Source of the DNA: Candidatus Latescibacterota bacterium
Lineage (GTDB): Bacteria > Latescibacterota > UBA2968 > GCA-2709665
Reading direction: 5' to 3'
Assembly (NCBI GenBank): GCA_965222075.1
Contig: OZ244937.1
Coordinates: 3,552,001-3,616,000, forward strand
Length of the DNA: 64,000 bases
In this document: one piece after another, positions 38,896 to 47,749 of the stretch
How positions within the stretch are numbered: position 1 is the stretch's first letter
Layout of the letters: each line of letters begins with the position of its first letter
The notes under the pieces: generated by a model
Told to the model about the DNA's origin: nothing
Databases searched by the model: none
Seen by the model: the letters and a program-made list of their open reading frames with translations, nothing else
Translations under genes and position numbers: made by a program

Positions 38896-40479
38896 ATGTC
38901 CGGACCTTTTGATTATGGGATTATCTACAACTGGGATGGAGCGCCCCACGGGTATTCGGAGGTGCCGCAGTCTGTGGATGCGTTTTTGGAAAAGACCTAC
39001 GCGCCCCTGGAAGAGACACAGGTGGGGGCGCTGTTCTGGTGCATCGGGGAGCATGCTGCCCGGTGGCCGGATTCCGTGATGGAATTGTTGGGGGATGTAC
39101 ATGGGCGACGGTATGAAAGTCCCGCGGCGTATTTCCACACCGAGAATATTCGCCAGATGCTGGAGCGGGGGGAAGATCCGCAGGCGTCGCTGATTGAGCG
39201 GGGCCACGAACTGGGCCTGGACGTGTATGCCTCGGTGCGCATGAACGATAACCACTTCAACGGGGCGCAGGTGGAGGACCTGGAGAGGCTGCACCATACC
39301 GAGCTGACGCAGATGCGGCGGGAACACCCGGAGTGGTTGCTGGGCGATCAGACTTCGGAGTGGTTTGCTCTCTCGTGGAACATGGCGGTGCCGGAAATCC
39401 GAGAGCACCGGTATGCGTATATCGAGGAGATATGCACGCGATATGATTGGGACGGAGTGGAGCTGGACTGGCAGCGGCATGCGTTTCACCTGCCGGAGGA
39501 TGAGGCCTACCGGCTTCGGTACGTGCTTACTGACCTGCAGCGGCGGGTGCGGCAGATGACGGAAGACCTGGCGAAGAAACGCGGCCGGCCGTTCTATCTG
39601 GCTGCGCGGGTGGCCGGTTCGCAGGAGATGTGCCGCCGCATTGGCTACGATATTCCGGTCTGGATCGAGGAAGGACTGGTGGATATACTGATCCTGGGGG
39701 GAGGCGCGGTGACCGACGCGTCTTTAGAGGTGTCCGTGTTTGTCGAGATGTGCCGGGAGAAGGGGATCGCGGTCTACCCTGGATTTGACAGCGGACTGCC
39801 CGACCCGTTCGTGGGACCGGAAGAGCGTGAAACCAAGGACCGAATGCGCACACGCGCAATTGCCAGCCGCTACCACAGGGCGGGCGCACACGGCATTTAT
39901 GTGTTCAACTGGCACGCAGACCGGAATTCCAAGCGCGAGTTACTCTCGCAGATCGGCTCTGTGGAAACGCTGCGCCGCAAAGACAAGATCTACGCGGCTA
40001 CCCACCGGTTCATCCAGAAAGAGGGACTCTGGCGCGGTGCTTACCGTATCGACCGAATCCGGGGCGAGGTCCCGGTGCCCCTCAAGAGCACCCTGACAGG
40101 AGAGATGCCGGCCATCACCCTGGACATCGCTGAGGATGTAGGAAAAGACAGCCCCTCCCATTTGGAGCTCCGTGTGCGTCTCGACCAGTGGGTGGTTGGC
40201 GATCGGGTTCGTGTATTCTGGGATGAAAAGGAACTGGAGGCCCCTGAGATCCGCTACTGCGTCCTGGACAATCCCCACCCCCCCGGAGGAGCCTTTCAAC
40301 CACCGCCTGGCATTCGGCGGATTTCGGACGTGAGCAGTGCGGCATGGCTGTGCTTTCCACTGCACCCATCGGAGCTGGAGCAGGGGCCGCACAAAGTCAA
40401 GGTCGGACTGATTGAACGCCATCCGCAGTTGGCCTGCGATATCGTTTTGACGGACGTGGAGGTGATTGTGCGGTATTGA
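38896..40479 (+). CDS. GHL10-like TIM-barrel protein (putative glycoside hydrolase) with C-terminal beta domain
   Basis: IYNWDG, ASVRMNDNH, HPEW, PEIR, YDWDGVELDW.RH, GIYVFNW. Confidence 0.65.
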   Translation: MSGPFDYGIIYNWDGAPHGYSEVPQSVDAFLEKTYAPLEETQVGALFWCIGEHAARWPDSVMELLGDVHGRRYESPAAYFHTENIRQMLERGEDPQASLIERGHELGLDVYASVRMNDNHFNGAQVEDLERLHHTELTQMRREHPEWLLGDQTSEWFALSWNMAVPEIREHRYAYIEEICTRYDWDGVELDWQRHAFHLPEDEAYRLRYVLTDLQRRVRQMTEDLAKKRGRPFYLAARVAGSQEMCRRIGYDIPVWIEEGLVDILILGGGAVTDASLEVSVFVEMCREKGIAVYPGFDSGLPDPFVGPEERETKDRMRTRAIASRYHRAGAHGIYVFNWHADRNSKRELLSQIGSVETLRRKDKIYAATHRFIQKEGLWRGAYRIDRIRGEVPVPLKSTLTGEMPAITLDIAEDVGKDSPSHLELRVRLDQWVVGDRVRVFWDEKELEAPEIRYCVLDNPHPPGGAFQPPPGIRRISDVSSAAWLCFPLHPSELEQGPHKVKVGLIERHPQLACDIVLTDVEVIVRY

Positions 40480-40503
40480 CCTAACTTAAAAAAGGAGCCA
40501 TCC

Positions 40504-41565
40504 ATGAGCGATGTCAAATACCGTGTGGCGATTGTCGGGTGCGGCCGGATGGGACAGGTGTATGCACAGGCCTATTCAACCTATCCGGATACGGAGATCG
40601 TGGCGATTGCCGAATACAATACGGACCGGTGCCGGACCGTGGGGGAGCGGTTCGGGGTGAACGCGCTTTACCCGGATGCGGAGCGCCTGTTGCGGGAGGT
40701 TGTGCCGGATGTGGTTTCGGTGGTGACGCCGGTGAAGTATATCAAGGAGGCCGTGGTTGCCTGTGCCGAGGCGGGGGTGAAAGGGGTGACGGTGGAGAAG
40801 CCAATTGCAGGGGTACTTGCCGATGCGGATACGATGGTGGATGTATGTGCCAGGCGTGGGGTGGTGCTGGGTGGGGGCAATCTGCAGCGGGCGATGCACG
40901 AGGTTCAGGAGACCGCGCGGCGGATTCACGCGGGAGCGTTCGGAGATCTGGTCGGAGCGAGCGTACACGGGTTCGGCGGGGAGATCTCGGGGGGCGGGTG
41001 CCAGCATATTTCGGTACTGCGGCTGTTTGCGGATGCGGAGGTGGAAGAGGTGGTCGCCTGGGGGATGCCGGAGGAGGCGCTTGCCGGGGAGACGGACGAG
41101 GGATTGATCGTTCACGGGTGTTTCCGGATGCACTCCGGCCTGGACTGCCTGGTGTTCGGGACGGAGACGCCCAGCCGGGGGGTCGATGTGTGGACGCAGG
41201 ATACGCTGGTGCGGTGGGATTGGACGCCGCCGGAGATTTTCAAGGGATTCGATGGGGAGGGGCGCCGGGTGCGGATCAATCCGGGGTACGCGCCGTACAG
41301 GTGGCGCGAGTTCGGCTATCTGACAGGGTCGCTCCGGTCGTTCCTGGCCGCCGTGGAAGGGGAGGGCGAGCCCTGGATTACGGGACACGACCTGCGGCAG
41401 GCGCTGGAGGTTGCGATCGCGGCCAAGCTGTCCGCGCAGCGAGACAGCGCGCCGGTGAGGCTGCCGTTGGAAGACCGGTCCACAGCGCTGCTGCCACGTG
41501 CGTATCGATGGGTCGGGGGAGATCAGTCGGGGAAGCCACAGAGTGTGGAAGAGGCGGCGGGCTAA
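40504..41565 (+). CDS. Gfo/Idh/MocA family oxidoreductase
   Basis: VGCGRMG, VEKPIA, GGGCQH. Confidence 0.85.
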   Translation: MSDVKYRVAIVGCGRMGQVYAQAYSTYPDTEIVAIAEYNTDRCRTVGERFGVNALYPDAERLLREVVPDVVSVVTPVKYIKEAVVACAEAGVKGVTVEKPIAGVLADADTMVDVCARRGVVLGGGNLQRAMHEVQETARRIHAGAFGDLVGASVHGFGGEISGGGCQHISVLRLFADAEVEEVVAWGMPEEALAGETDEGLIVHGCFRMHSGLDCLVFGTETPSRGVDVWTQDTLVRWDWTPPEIFKGFDGEGRRVRINPGYAPYRWREFGYLTGSLRSFLAAVEGEGEPWITGHDLRQALEVAIAAKLSAQRDSAPVRLPLEDRSTALLPRAYRWVGGDQSGKPQSVEEAAG

Positions 41566-41582
41566 GAGACGATCCGTTCTAA

Positions 41583-41606
41583 AACCGCGGAGACGCGGAG
41601 ATTGCA
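41583..41606 (+). repeat. 9-nt periodic repeat (CGCGGAGA type)
   Basis: aaccgcggagacgcggagattgcag; related to 46209-46236. Confidence 0.4.
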
Positions 41607-41667
41607 GGGGGAAAACCAGAGCAGGGCGCAGTCTGATCCCGCCCTCACGTCTCCGTGGGGAATTTGA

Positions 41668-43125
41668 TCAGCCCCCGGGGGCCGTTGGATACGTACCGTA
41701 CTCGACAAGGATTTCCACATCTTCGACCACGATCCCGCCTTCGAAGCCGGCAGGCCTGTCTTGTAGAGATATTTCCAACACATTCCGGCCCTTCTGAGGG
41801 CGTACCTTTTCCAGGTGGAATTCCAGCAACTGCCCCGCGTACGGATCGCGGAATCGGATCGGGGCGCGACGGCAGGACTCGGTGGCCAGAGGGGCGCCGT
41901 TCAGGCGGACCTCGAGTCTGTCGGCTGAGACGAGATTGCTTACGCCGATCCGGAGGCGGATGCTCTGTATGCGGTCATTTGCAGGGTCATCGGCGATGGA
42001 GAAAGGGATCTGACGATGTTTCTCAGGGTCCGGTGAGGGGATCTCGAGGGGCAGAAAGGCGCCGTAGTCGTATTCGGATGCGGCGTCACAGCGGCGGCGC
42101 AGGAAGTAGTGTTTGTCGGCTTCTTGTACGAGGGTGGAATCGCCCAGTTGTGTGAGGAGACTGCGCTCGGACTCGCTCAGGGGCCAGGGGAGAAACCAGG
42201 TGTAGAGACCGTCAACACCGAGCTCCCGGAAATTGGCGGCGGCCGCCCGCATCATGGCGGCGGTGGAGTTGTCGGCCGTGTAGAATCGCCGGCTTTCGTC
42301 GCTGCCATAAGGTTGAAGCATGCCGTAGACCGAGATGTCGTATTCGTGGGCGGCCTGCACAAGCCAGCCGACCGGCATATTGGCGTCTACGACGAAGTCT
42401 ATGTAGAGCATGGGAACCACGAAGTCGACCAGCCCTTCCCGGAGCCAGGTGTGCACGTCCAGTCCGGTCTTCAGGTTCAGTTCTTCGGTGGGGTAGACGC
42501 GGGCGCCGATCTGGGCGGGACCGTCCGGGCGGCTGCGGACCATCTCAGCGGCCTTGCGGACGAAGTCGGTCATAACCGGGGTGTATTCGGACACGTCCTC
42601 GGGCCTCAGCCAGAAGGGACTTCCGCCGGGGGCGGCGGCGAAGTCCAGTTCCACGCCTTCGACGGCGTACTGCGTGGCGAGCTCTTTCAGGACGGCGGAC
42701 TGGTGGTCGCGCACTTCGGGGTGGGAAAAACTCCGCCCTCCGGTGGCGAGCGCGTGCTCGGGGGCCATGCCGCCGTAGCCGCCCATGCGCAGGCTGGCGA
42801 AGAAGTCCATGCCTTTTTCGTGGGCGCGGTCGACCAGGACGGTGAGAGGGTCGAGGCCGCGGGCGATGAGGCTTTGCATGTTCTCCCAGGCGCGCCATTC
42901 GTGGGCATGTTGAAATGGACGCCGATCACTACCGAACTGGAGGCCGATTTTGGAGGGATAGAAGAGGCCATCCGAGCGGGAGACGCCGTAGACGAAGGTG
43001 TCCACGGCCGTGCCGGCGACTTCATCGATGGGCACCCAGGCGTCTTCCATCCGCATCGGCGGTTCGAAGACGAAGAGGTAGTAGTGGCGGGCGTCGTTGA
43101 AGTAGATGGTGCGGTGCTTTCTCAT
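41668..43125 (-). CDS. GHL10-like TIM-barrel protein, paralog of 38896-40479
   Basis: IYFNDARH, FFASLRM, HPEVR, YAVEGVELDF, DGLY, DKHY. Confidence 0.65.
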   Translation of the reverse strand: MRKHRTIYFNDARHYYLFVFEPPMRMEDAWVPIDEVAGTAVDTFVYGVSRSDGLFYPSKIGLQFGSDRRPFQHAHEWRAWENMQSLIARGLDPLTVLVDRAHEKGMDFFASLRMGGYGGMAPEHALATGGRSFSHPEVRDHQSAVLKELATQYAVEGVELDFAAAPGGSPFWLRPEDVSEYTPVMTDFVRKAAEMVRSRPDGPAQIGARVYPTEELNLKTGLDVHTWLREGLVDFVVPMLYIDFVVDANMPVGWLVQAAHEYDISVYGMLQPYGSDESRRFYTADNSTAAMMRAAAANFRELGVDGLYTWFLPWPLSESERSLLTQLGDSTLVQEADKHYFLRRRCDAASEYDYGAFLPLEIPSPDPEKHRQIPFSIADDPANDRIQSIRLRIGVSNLVSADRLEVRLNGAPLATESCRRAPIRFRDPYAGQLLEFHLEKVRPQKGRNVLEISLQDRPAGFEGGIVVEDVEILVEYGTYPTAPGG

Positions 43126-43183
43126 AGTGGACACTCCTTGTTAAGCCCGGTGGTGCTTCTCCGGGGTTTTTTCTATGGCCGGT

Positions 43184-45418
43184 CTACCGGCGTTTTGTGA
43201 CGGCGCCGATGCGGTATTCCGGTGGTTCGTCCATTTCCAGAGCGGCATAGCTGAAGAAGGGATACACGCTCCACTCCACGCAGCCCAGGAGGTCGGGTTT
43301 GCCGTCGCCATTGAGGTCGCAGGGCCAGGCGTTCGGGCCGTGGATGGTGAAAGAGATCGGCTCGCCGAAGCACTTGAATTCGCGGGGAGCGTCGAATACC
43401 GGTTCGGCTGCGGAGCCGACGTTGCGCAGGAGGTAGATGCTGCCGGTGGCCGCGAGGCTGTAGACCAGGTCGATCAACCCGTCGCCGTCCCAATCGACCG
43501 CGCGGAAGGATTCGGTCCAGTGTTTTTCGCGGCCCACGATGGTATCGTCGATGAGTCTGCCATCGACGAGTTTGACCGGGCCTTGTTTTTTGAGGCGAAG
43601 GTTGCCTGCTGAATTGCGATACTGTGCGAACAGGGTCGCTTTTCTGGTGTTGTCGTGAGTGATGAAGTCCATCAACCCGTCGTTGTTCCAGTCCGCGAAG
43701 GCCGCTCCCGTACGCCAGAAGAAGGGGGCGTTGTCGTCCCTGGGGTAAGGGGAATTGGGTATTTCCCGATCCTCTGCCCTGCGGCCGGACTCGGCGCGGC
43801 GTTCGGGAGAATCGGGGAAGCCGTCCACTTCGAGAAACTGCCGGGCCCCGAATCCGGGCTCTTTTTTTGTGCCAATGTTTTTGAACCAGACGATGCGGTT
43901 GGTCTCGTTGGGGAGCACAAGGTCGTTCAGGCCGTCGCCGTCCCAGTCGATGAAGACGGGGTAGGGGTAGCCCATGTTGTGCCAGTGGCGGCTGCTGAGG
44001 ATTTCGTCCCGGAGCAGGCGGATGGGAACGCCCTCTGAATAGATGAACTGAGGTTCGCCGAAGGCCGGGCGCTCGTTGCTGCCTGTGTTGATGACGATGC
44101 GCGGCCGGCCGTAGCCGCCCCCGATGAGCAGGTCGTAGACGCCGTCATCGTTCCAGTCGCAGATGCAGGGCCAGGCCTGATCGCTGAGGGACATGACAGC
44201 AGAGATGGACTGGGCACGTGCCCGGTGTTTGAAGCGCGGCCGTCCCGTCCGGTCTCCGTCCAGTTCGTAGAAGGAGATGTTCTGAAACGTGTTGTGCTGG
44301 ACCAGGATGCCACGCCCGTCCGCGGCGGCAGCGACTGAGGAACACATTTCCGCATCGATGCCTTCCAACGCCATTTCCTCTCCGAACTCAGGCGAATCGC
44401 CTCTTAGGTTTTTCCGCCACATCAGGGGCTGAAAGTTGCCTTTGAGGGTGATGGTGTCAAGCTTTCCGTTGCCGTCGAGATCCAGGAAGGTCGATTTTTT
44501 TTCGATGTGGAGTTCCATCGGTTCGGCCGGCTCAAAAGGCCAGCCTTCAGGATTGGTGTTGCGGATGTAGTGGCCGTTCACGACCAGGTCGAGCGCGCCG
44601 TCCCCGTTGAGGTCCACGGCGTAGAGGCCGCTGTTTTGTGCCACAGGAGCGGGTAGGGATGGGCCGTGGACGAAGATCGGCATGCCGGAGGGCTCCCGTT
44701 CTCCGGTGTTGAGGAAGAAGGTGACCTCGTCTGCATTCATTTCGGCAAAGAGGATGTCGACCCGCCCATCGCCGGTAAAGTCGGCGAAGTCCGCCTGGGT
44801 GTAGACGCCGGGGAAGTCCTTCAGGTCGGTTGCGCCGGGCTTTTCGACATAGTGCAGGCGGGTGAGGTCGCCGAACGTGAAGTCATCGTCGGGTCCGACG
44901 CGGGGGTAACAGATGACGCCGCTAATCGGTGAGCCAGGACGGTAGTAGTAGTTCCAGCAGCCGGCCAGGTCCTGCCTGCCGTCTCCGGTCAGGTCGATCA
45001 GCTTCATGGAGGACAGGACGATGGGACGGGGCTCGCCCGCGTTGTAGCGCAGCAGATCGCCGACGCCGATCATGGGGACGTGGTCCTGCGGCTGCAGCGG
45101 GGGGCGTTTCTGGACGGTTTTGAAGCGAATTTCGTATTCTGTGTGCGCCGGGCCCGCAATGACCCACTCGATGCGGCCTCTGTCGCTGTAGGCAAAATCT
45201 TCGGTGCGCGCATGCGGGACGACCTCGCCGGCGGCCACATCGATGACCTGGATGGAATTGGGGTCCAGCACGCCCGGCAGGCCGGCCTGCTCGATCAGAG
45301 CGGCGAAGTTGATTATCGGGGATAGGGGAATGTGTCCCACGTCCGTTGGCAGCTTCGAGGTTACGGTCAGGCAGAAGCTGTTGTCGGGTTCTGCGGGTGG
45401 CATAAGGCTGTGGTCCAA
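43184..45418 (-). CDS. FG-GAP/VCBS repeat beta-propeller protein
   Basis: Multiple D(W/L/F).GDG..DL repeats (DLTGDGRQDL, DFTGDGRVDI, DWNDDGVYDL, DWDGDGLNDL, DLNGDGKPDL); no signal peptide seen. Confidence 0.85.
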   Translation of the reverse strand: MDHSLMPPAEPDNSFCLTVTSKLPTDVGHIPLSPIINFAALIEQAGLPGVLDPNSIQVIDVAAGEVVPHARTEDFAYSDRGRIEWVIAGPAHTEYEIRFKTVQKRPPLQPQDHVPMIGVGDLLRYNAGEPRPIVLSSMKLIDLTGDGRQDLAGCWNYYYRPGSPISGVICYPRVGPDDDFTFGDLTRLHYVEKPGATDLKDFPGVYTQADFADFTGDGRVDILFAEMNADEVTFFLNTGEREPSGMPIFVHGPSLPAPVAQNSGLYAVDLNGDGALDLVVNGHYIRNTNPEGWPFEPAEPMELHIEKKSTFLDLDGNGKLDTITLKGNFQPLMWRKNLRGDSPEFGEEMALEGIDAEMCSSVAAAADGRGILVQHNTFQNISFYELDGDRTGRPRFKHRARAQSISAVMSLSDQAWPCICDWNDDGVYDLLIGGGYGRPRIVINTGSNERPAFGEPQFIYSEGVPIRLLRDEILSSRHWHNMGYPYPVFIDWDGDGLNDLVLPNETNRIVWFKNIGTKKEPGFGARQFLEVDGFPDSPERRAESGRRAEDREIPNSPYPRDDNAPFFWRTGAAFADWNNDGLMDFITHDNTRKATLFAQYRNSAGNLRLKKQGPVKLVDGRLIDDTIVGREKHWTESFRAVDWDGDGLIDLVYSLAATGSIYLLRNVGSAAEPVFDAPREFKCFGEPISFTIHGPNAWPCDLNGDGKPDLLGCVEWSVYPFFSYAALEMDEPPEYRIGAVTKRR

Positions 45419-45497
45419 TGCGATTACTCCCCCGAAGGCTCATAAGGCCCCAGATCTGGGTCCTGGCCCCGGTGGAAGTTCTTGCCCATTTGGAGAA

Positions 45498-46184
45498 TCA
45501 GGATTGTTCCCATCCGCACTTGATAAACAGGTCTTTTATATCTTCAGGAACGGGGGCCTCTATGGTGAGCGGTTCTTTGGTGTAGGGATGGTCGAACGCG
45601 AGGTTGGTGGCCATAAGCAACAGGCGCCGGATGTTGAAGGTTGACCGAAAGAAGCGGTTCTGCGAACCATCGCCGTAGTTGGTGTCTCCGACGATGGGAT
45701 GGGAGATGTGGGCGAAGTGCTTGCGGATCTGGTGCATCCGGCCTGTGAGAGGTACCGCGCGGACCAGGGAATAACGGGCGGATGGATGTTTGCCTACCGG
45801 GGTCTGGAACTCAACCGTTCCTTCACAGGTGTAGCCGGTGATCGCTTCGGCGGGCTTTCTGTCCCGGCTCTCGCGGAGGGGATGTTCAATCCGTCCACTT
45901 TCGGGCGTGTACCCTCGGACGACGGCGAGATAGCGTTTTTTTATAGCGCGTCTTTCAAAGAGGAGGCACATCTTTCGGGCGGCTTCCGAACTCAGAGCGA
46001 AGAGGAGTACGCCCGATGTGGCGCGGTCCAATCGATGGATGGTGTAGACCGACCGGCCGAGCTGTCTGCGCAGCCTGGACATGCAGTTCGCTTCACGCGG
46101 AGCAAGCTTGGTGGAATGCACGAACAGGCCGCTTGGTTTGTGAACAGCGGCGTAGTGGTTGTCCTGGTAGAGGATTTCGAGCAC
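45498..46184 (-). CDS. truC: RluA-family pseudouridine synthase, TruC-like
   Basis: HKPSGL.VH, HRLDRATSG, RYSLV…P.TGR.HQIRKH.AHISHPIVGD..YGDG. Confidence 0.8.
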   Translation of the reverse strand: MLEILYQDNHYAAVHKPSGLFVHSTKLAPREANCMSRLRRQLGRSVYTIHRLDRATSGVLLFALSSEAARKMCLLFERRAIKKRYLAVVRGYTPESGRIEHPLRESRDRKPAEAITGYTCEGTVEFQTPVGKHPSARYSLVRAVPLTGRMHQIRKHFAHISHPIVGDTNYGDGSQNRFFRSTFNIRRLLLMATNLAFDHPYTKEPLTIEAPVPEDIKDLFIKCGWEQS

Positions 46185-46208
46185 GGTTGTAAGAAAAAGC
46201 TAAGCATT

Positions 46209-46270
46209 CACCGCAGAGACGTAGAGGACGCGGAGAAAGACCGGAATCGTGTATCGTGTATCGTGTATCG
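46209..46270 (+). repeat. 9-mer repeat followed by ATCGTGT heptamer x3
   Basis: caccgcagagacgtagaggacgcggaga … atcgtgtatcgtgtatcgtgtatcg. Confidence 0.6.
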
Positions 46271-46277
46271 AGAGAGG

Positions 46278-46583
46278 TCAATCTGAAGGCAGGTGGATTT
46301 TCCGTTTTTCCGCATCGGGGTGCTGCCGGTAGAAGATGGCGATGTGCCCGATCATACCGACCCCATGGCTTTTCGTCTTTCGTGCAATTTCGTCGGAGTG
46401 TGCGCGTTTTTTCTCTTTCTGTTCAATGAATTTGACTTTGATGAGTTCGTGTGTGTCCAAGGCCTGGTCAACGGTGTGGATTAAACCGTCGGTCACGCCG
46501 CTTTTTCCGATCTGTACAACCGGTTTTAAGTGATGCGCCAGGGATTTCAAGTACTTTCTGTCCGATCCTTTGAGTTTTCCCAT
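46278..46583 (-). CDS. yhbY: YhbY/CRM-domain RNA-binding protein
   Basis: YLKSLAHHLKPVVQIGKSG, HELIKVK, IGH.AIFYR. Confidence 0.92.
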   Translation of the reverse strand: MGKLKGSDRKYLKSLAHHLKPVVQIGKSGVTDGLIHTVDQALDTHELIKVKFIEQKEKKRAHSDEIARKTKSHGVGMIGHIAIFYRQHPDAEKRKIHLPSD

Positions 46584-46720
46584 GACGAACCCTTTACTCG
46601 GCCTGGATTGCCAAATCCAGACCATCTTCGCCAGATTTGGCAAATAGGTTACAGCCCCCATCTTGGTTGAGGGCAAAGACAGGGGCTGTGGAAGGGGTCT
46701 CGCTGCCGGTCAGCAGGCGT

Positions 46721-47469
46721 TCACCCGATTTCGAGCAGTTCGACTTCGAAAATCAGAACCGAATTCGGCGGGATACCGGGACGGCCGCGTTCCCCATAGG
46801 CAAGGCCCGATGGGATAAAGAGTTGCCATTTTGCGCCTACCTTCATCAACTGCAGGGCCTCCGTCCAGCCAGAAATGACGTCGTTGACCGGAAAGCTTGC
46901 AGGCTGCCCCCGTTTATAGGAGCTGTCGAATTCACTTCCGTCGATAAAGGTGCCCCGGTAGTGGACGGTAACTTTACTGGTTGCCATGGGAGTTTTTCCG
47001 GTTCCGGCCTTGAGTATTTTGTACTGCAAACCGCTCGGCAGGGTTACGACGCCTTCCTTGTTCTTGTTTTCGACAGGAAGGCCTCGCCTGTCTTTTTGCT
47101 TTCTTCCCCTGTCTTTTTGCTTTCTTCCCCTGTCTTTTTGCTTTCTTCCCCTGTCTTTTTGCTTTCTTCGGCTTGCTGCTTCGCGTTGGTCCTCCGCCGG
47201 GTCTGGAATGCCACAATCGATGCATTCATTTCGGCCTCTGTCATCAGGGTATCCCCACCGATCAGCGCAAACCTTACACCCTGTGCAATAATATTTGGAT
47301 CCGCTTCGATCGATTGAACCTGTAAGGTTTGATTTATGTTCATTCCAAAGCTGTATCCAATGCTGTAGCTGAGTTTGTCTTTTTCTGTCTTCAATTCGAG
47401 TTTGTCCTGCTTCCCGGCTTCACACCCCAGAAGGGCGATGGATAACACGACAGCCAATCCCAATCTCAT
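46721..47469 (-). CDS. FKBP-type peptidyl-prolyl isomerase (Mip/FkpA-like lipoprotein), apparent 1-nt frameshift at ~47072
   Basis: Lipobox LLG|[14 protein letters not shown], then in the other frame [52 protein letters not shown]. Confidence 0.88.
47087..47169 (-). repeat. 21-bp coding tandem repeat x4 (EESKKTG)
   Basis: Plus-strand unit CCTGTCTTTTTGCTTTCTTCC at 47087, 47108, 47129 and 47150 (last copy 20 bp). Confidence 0.95.
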
Positions 47470-47749
47470 TGTAATCTCCTTAGATGAGGATGTACATCCG
47501 ATCCAGGCAGGCAAGTAAGTAGTGATGCAATAGTTTTTGTAAAAAACGGATAGTACTGGCCCTATGCTGAAGATTATTACATCTATAGCACAGTATTTAC
47601 AAAGAGTTAAGGCGATTTTTTCGTAGGGAATTCTACTCCTGTAATCCAGTGAGAGAGTTCACAATTACTTCTGCTTGACTACTTAGTTGTGCAAAACGAT
47701 TTACAAAAAATCTATTAACATATAAATGAAGGGACGAGCCCCAAGCCCC

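Noticed and set aside
47087-47169. Possible CRISPR array
   Set aside because: Repeats are contiguous with no spacers, are in-frame coding, and no cas genes are present.
47515-47745. AT-rich gap as replication origin or ncRNA
   Set aside because: No DnaA-box cluster or stable structure seen; more likely the FKBP promoter region or a junction.
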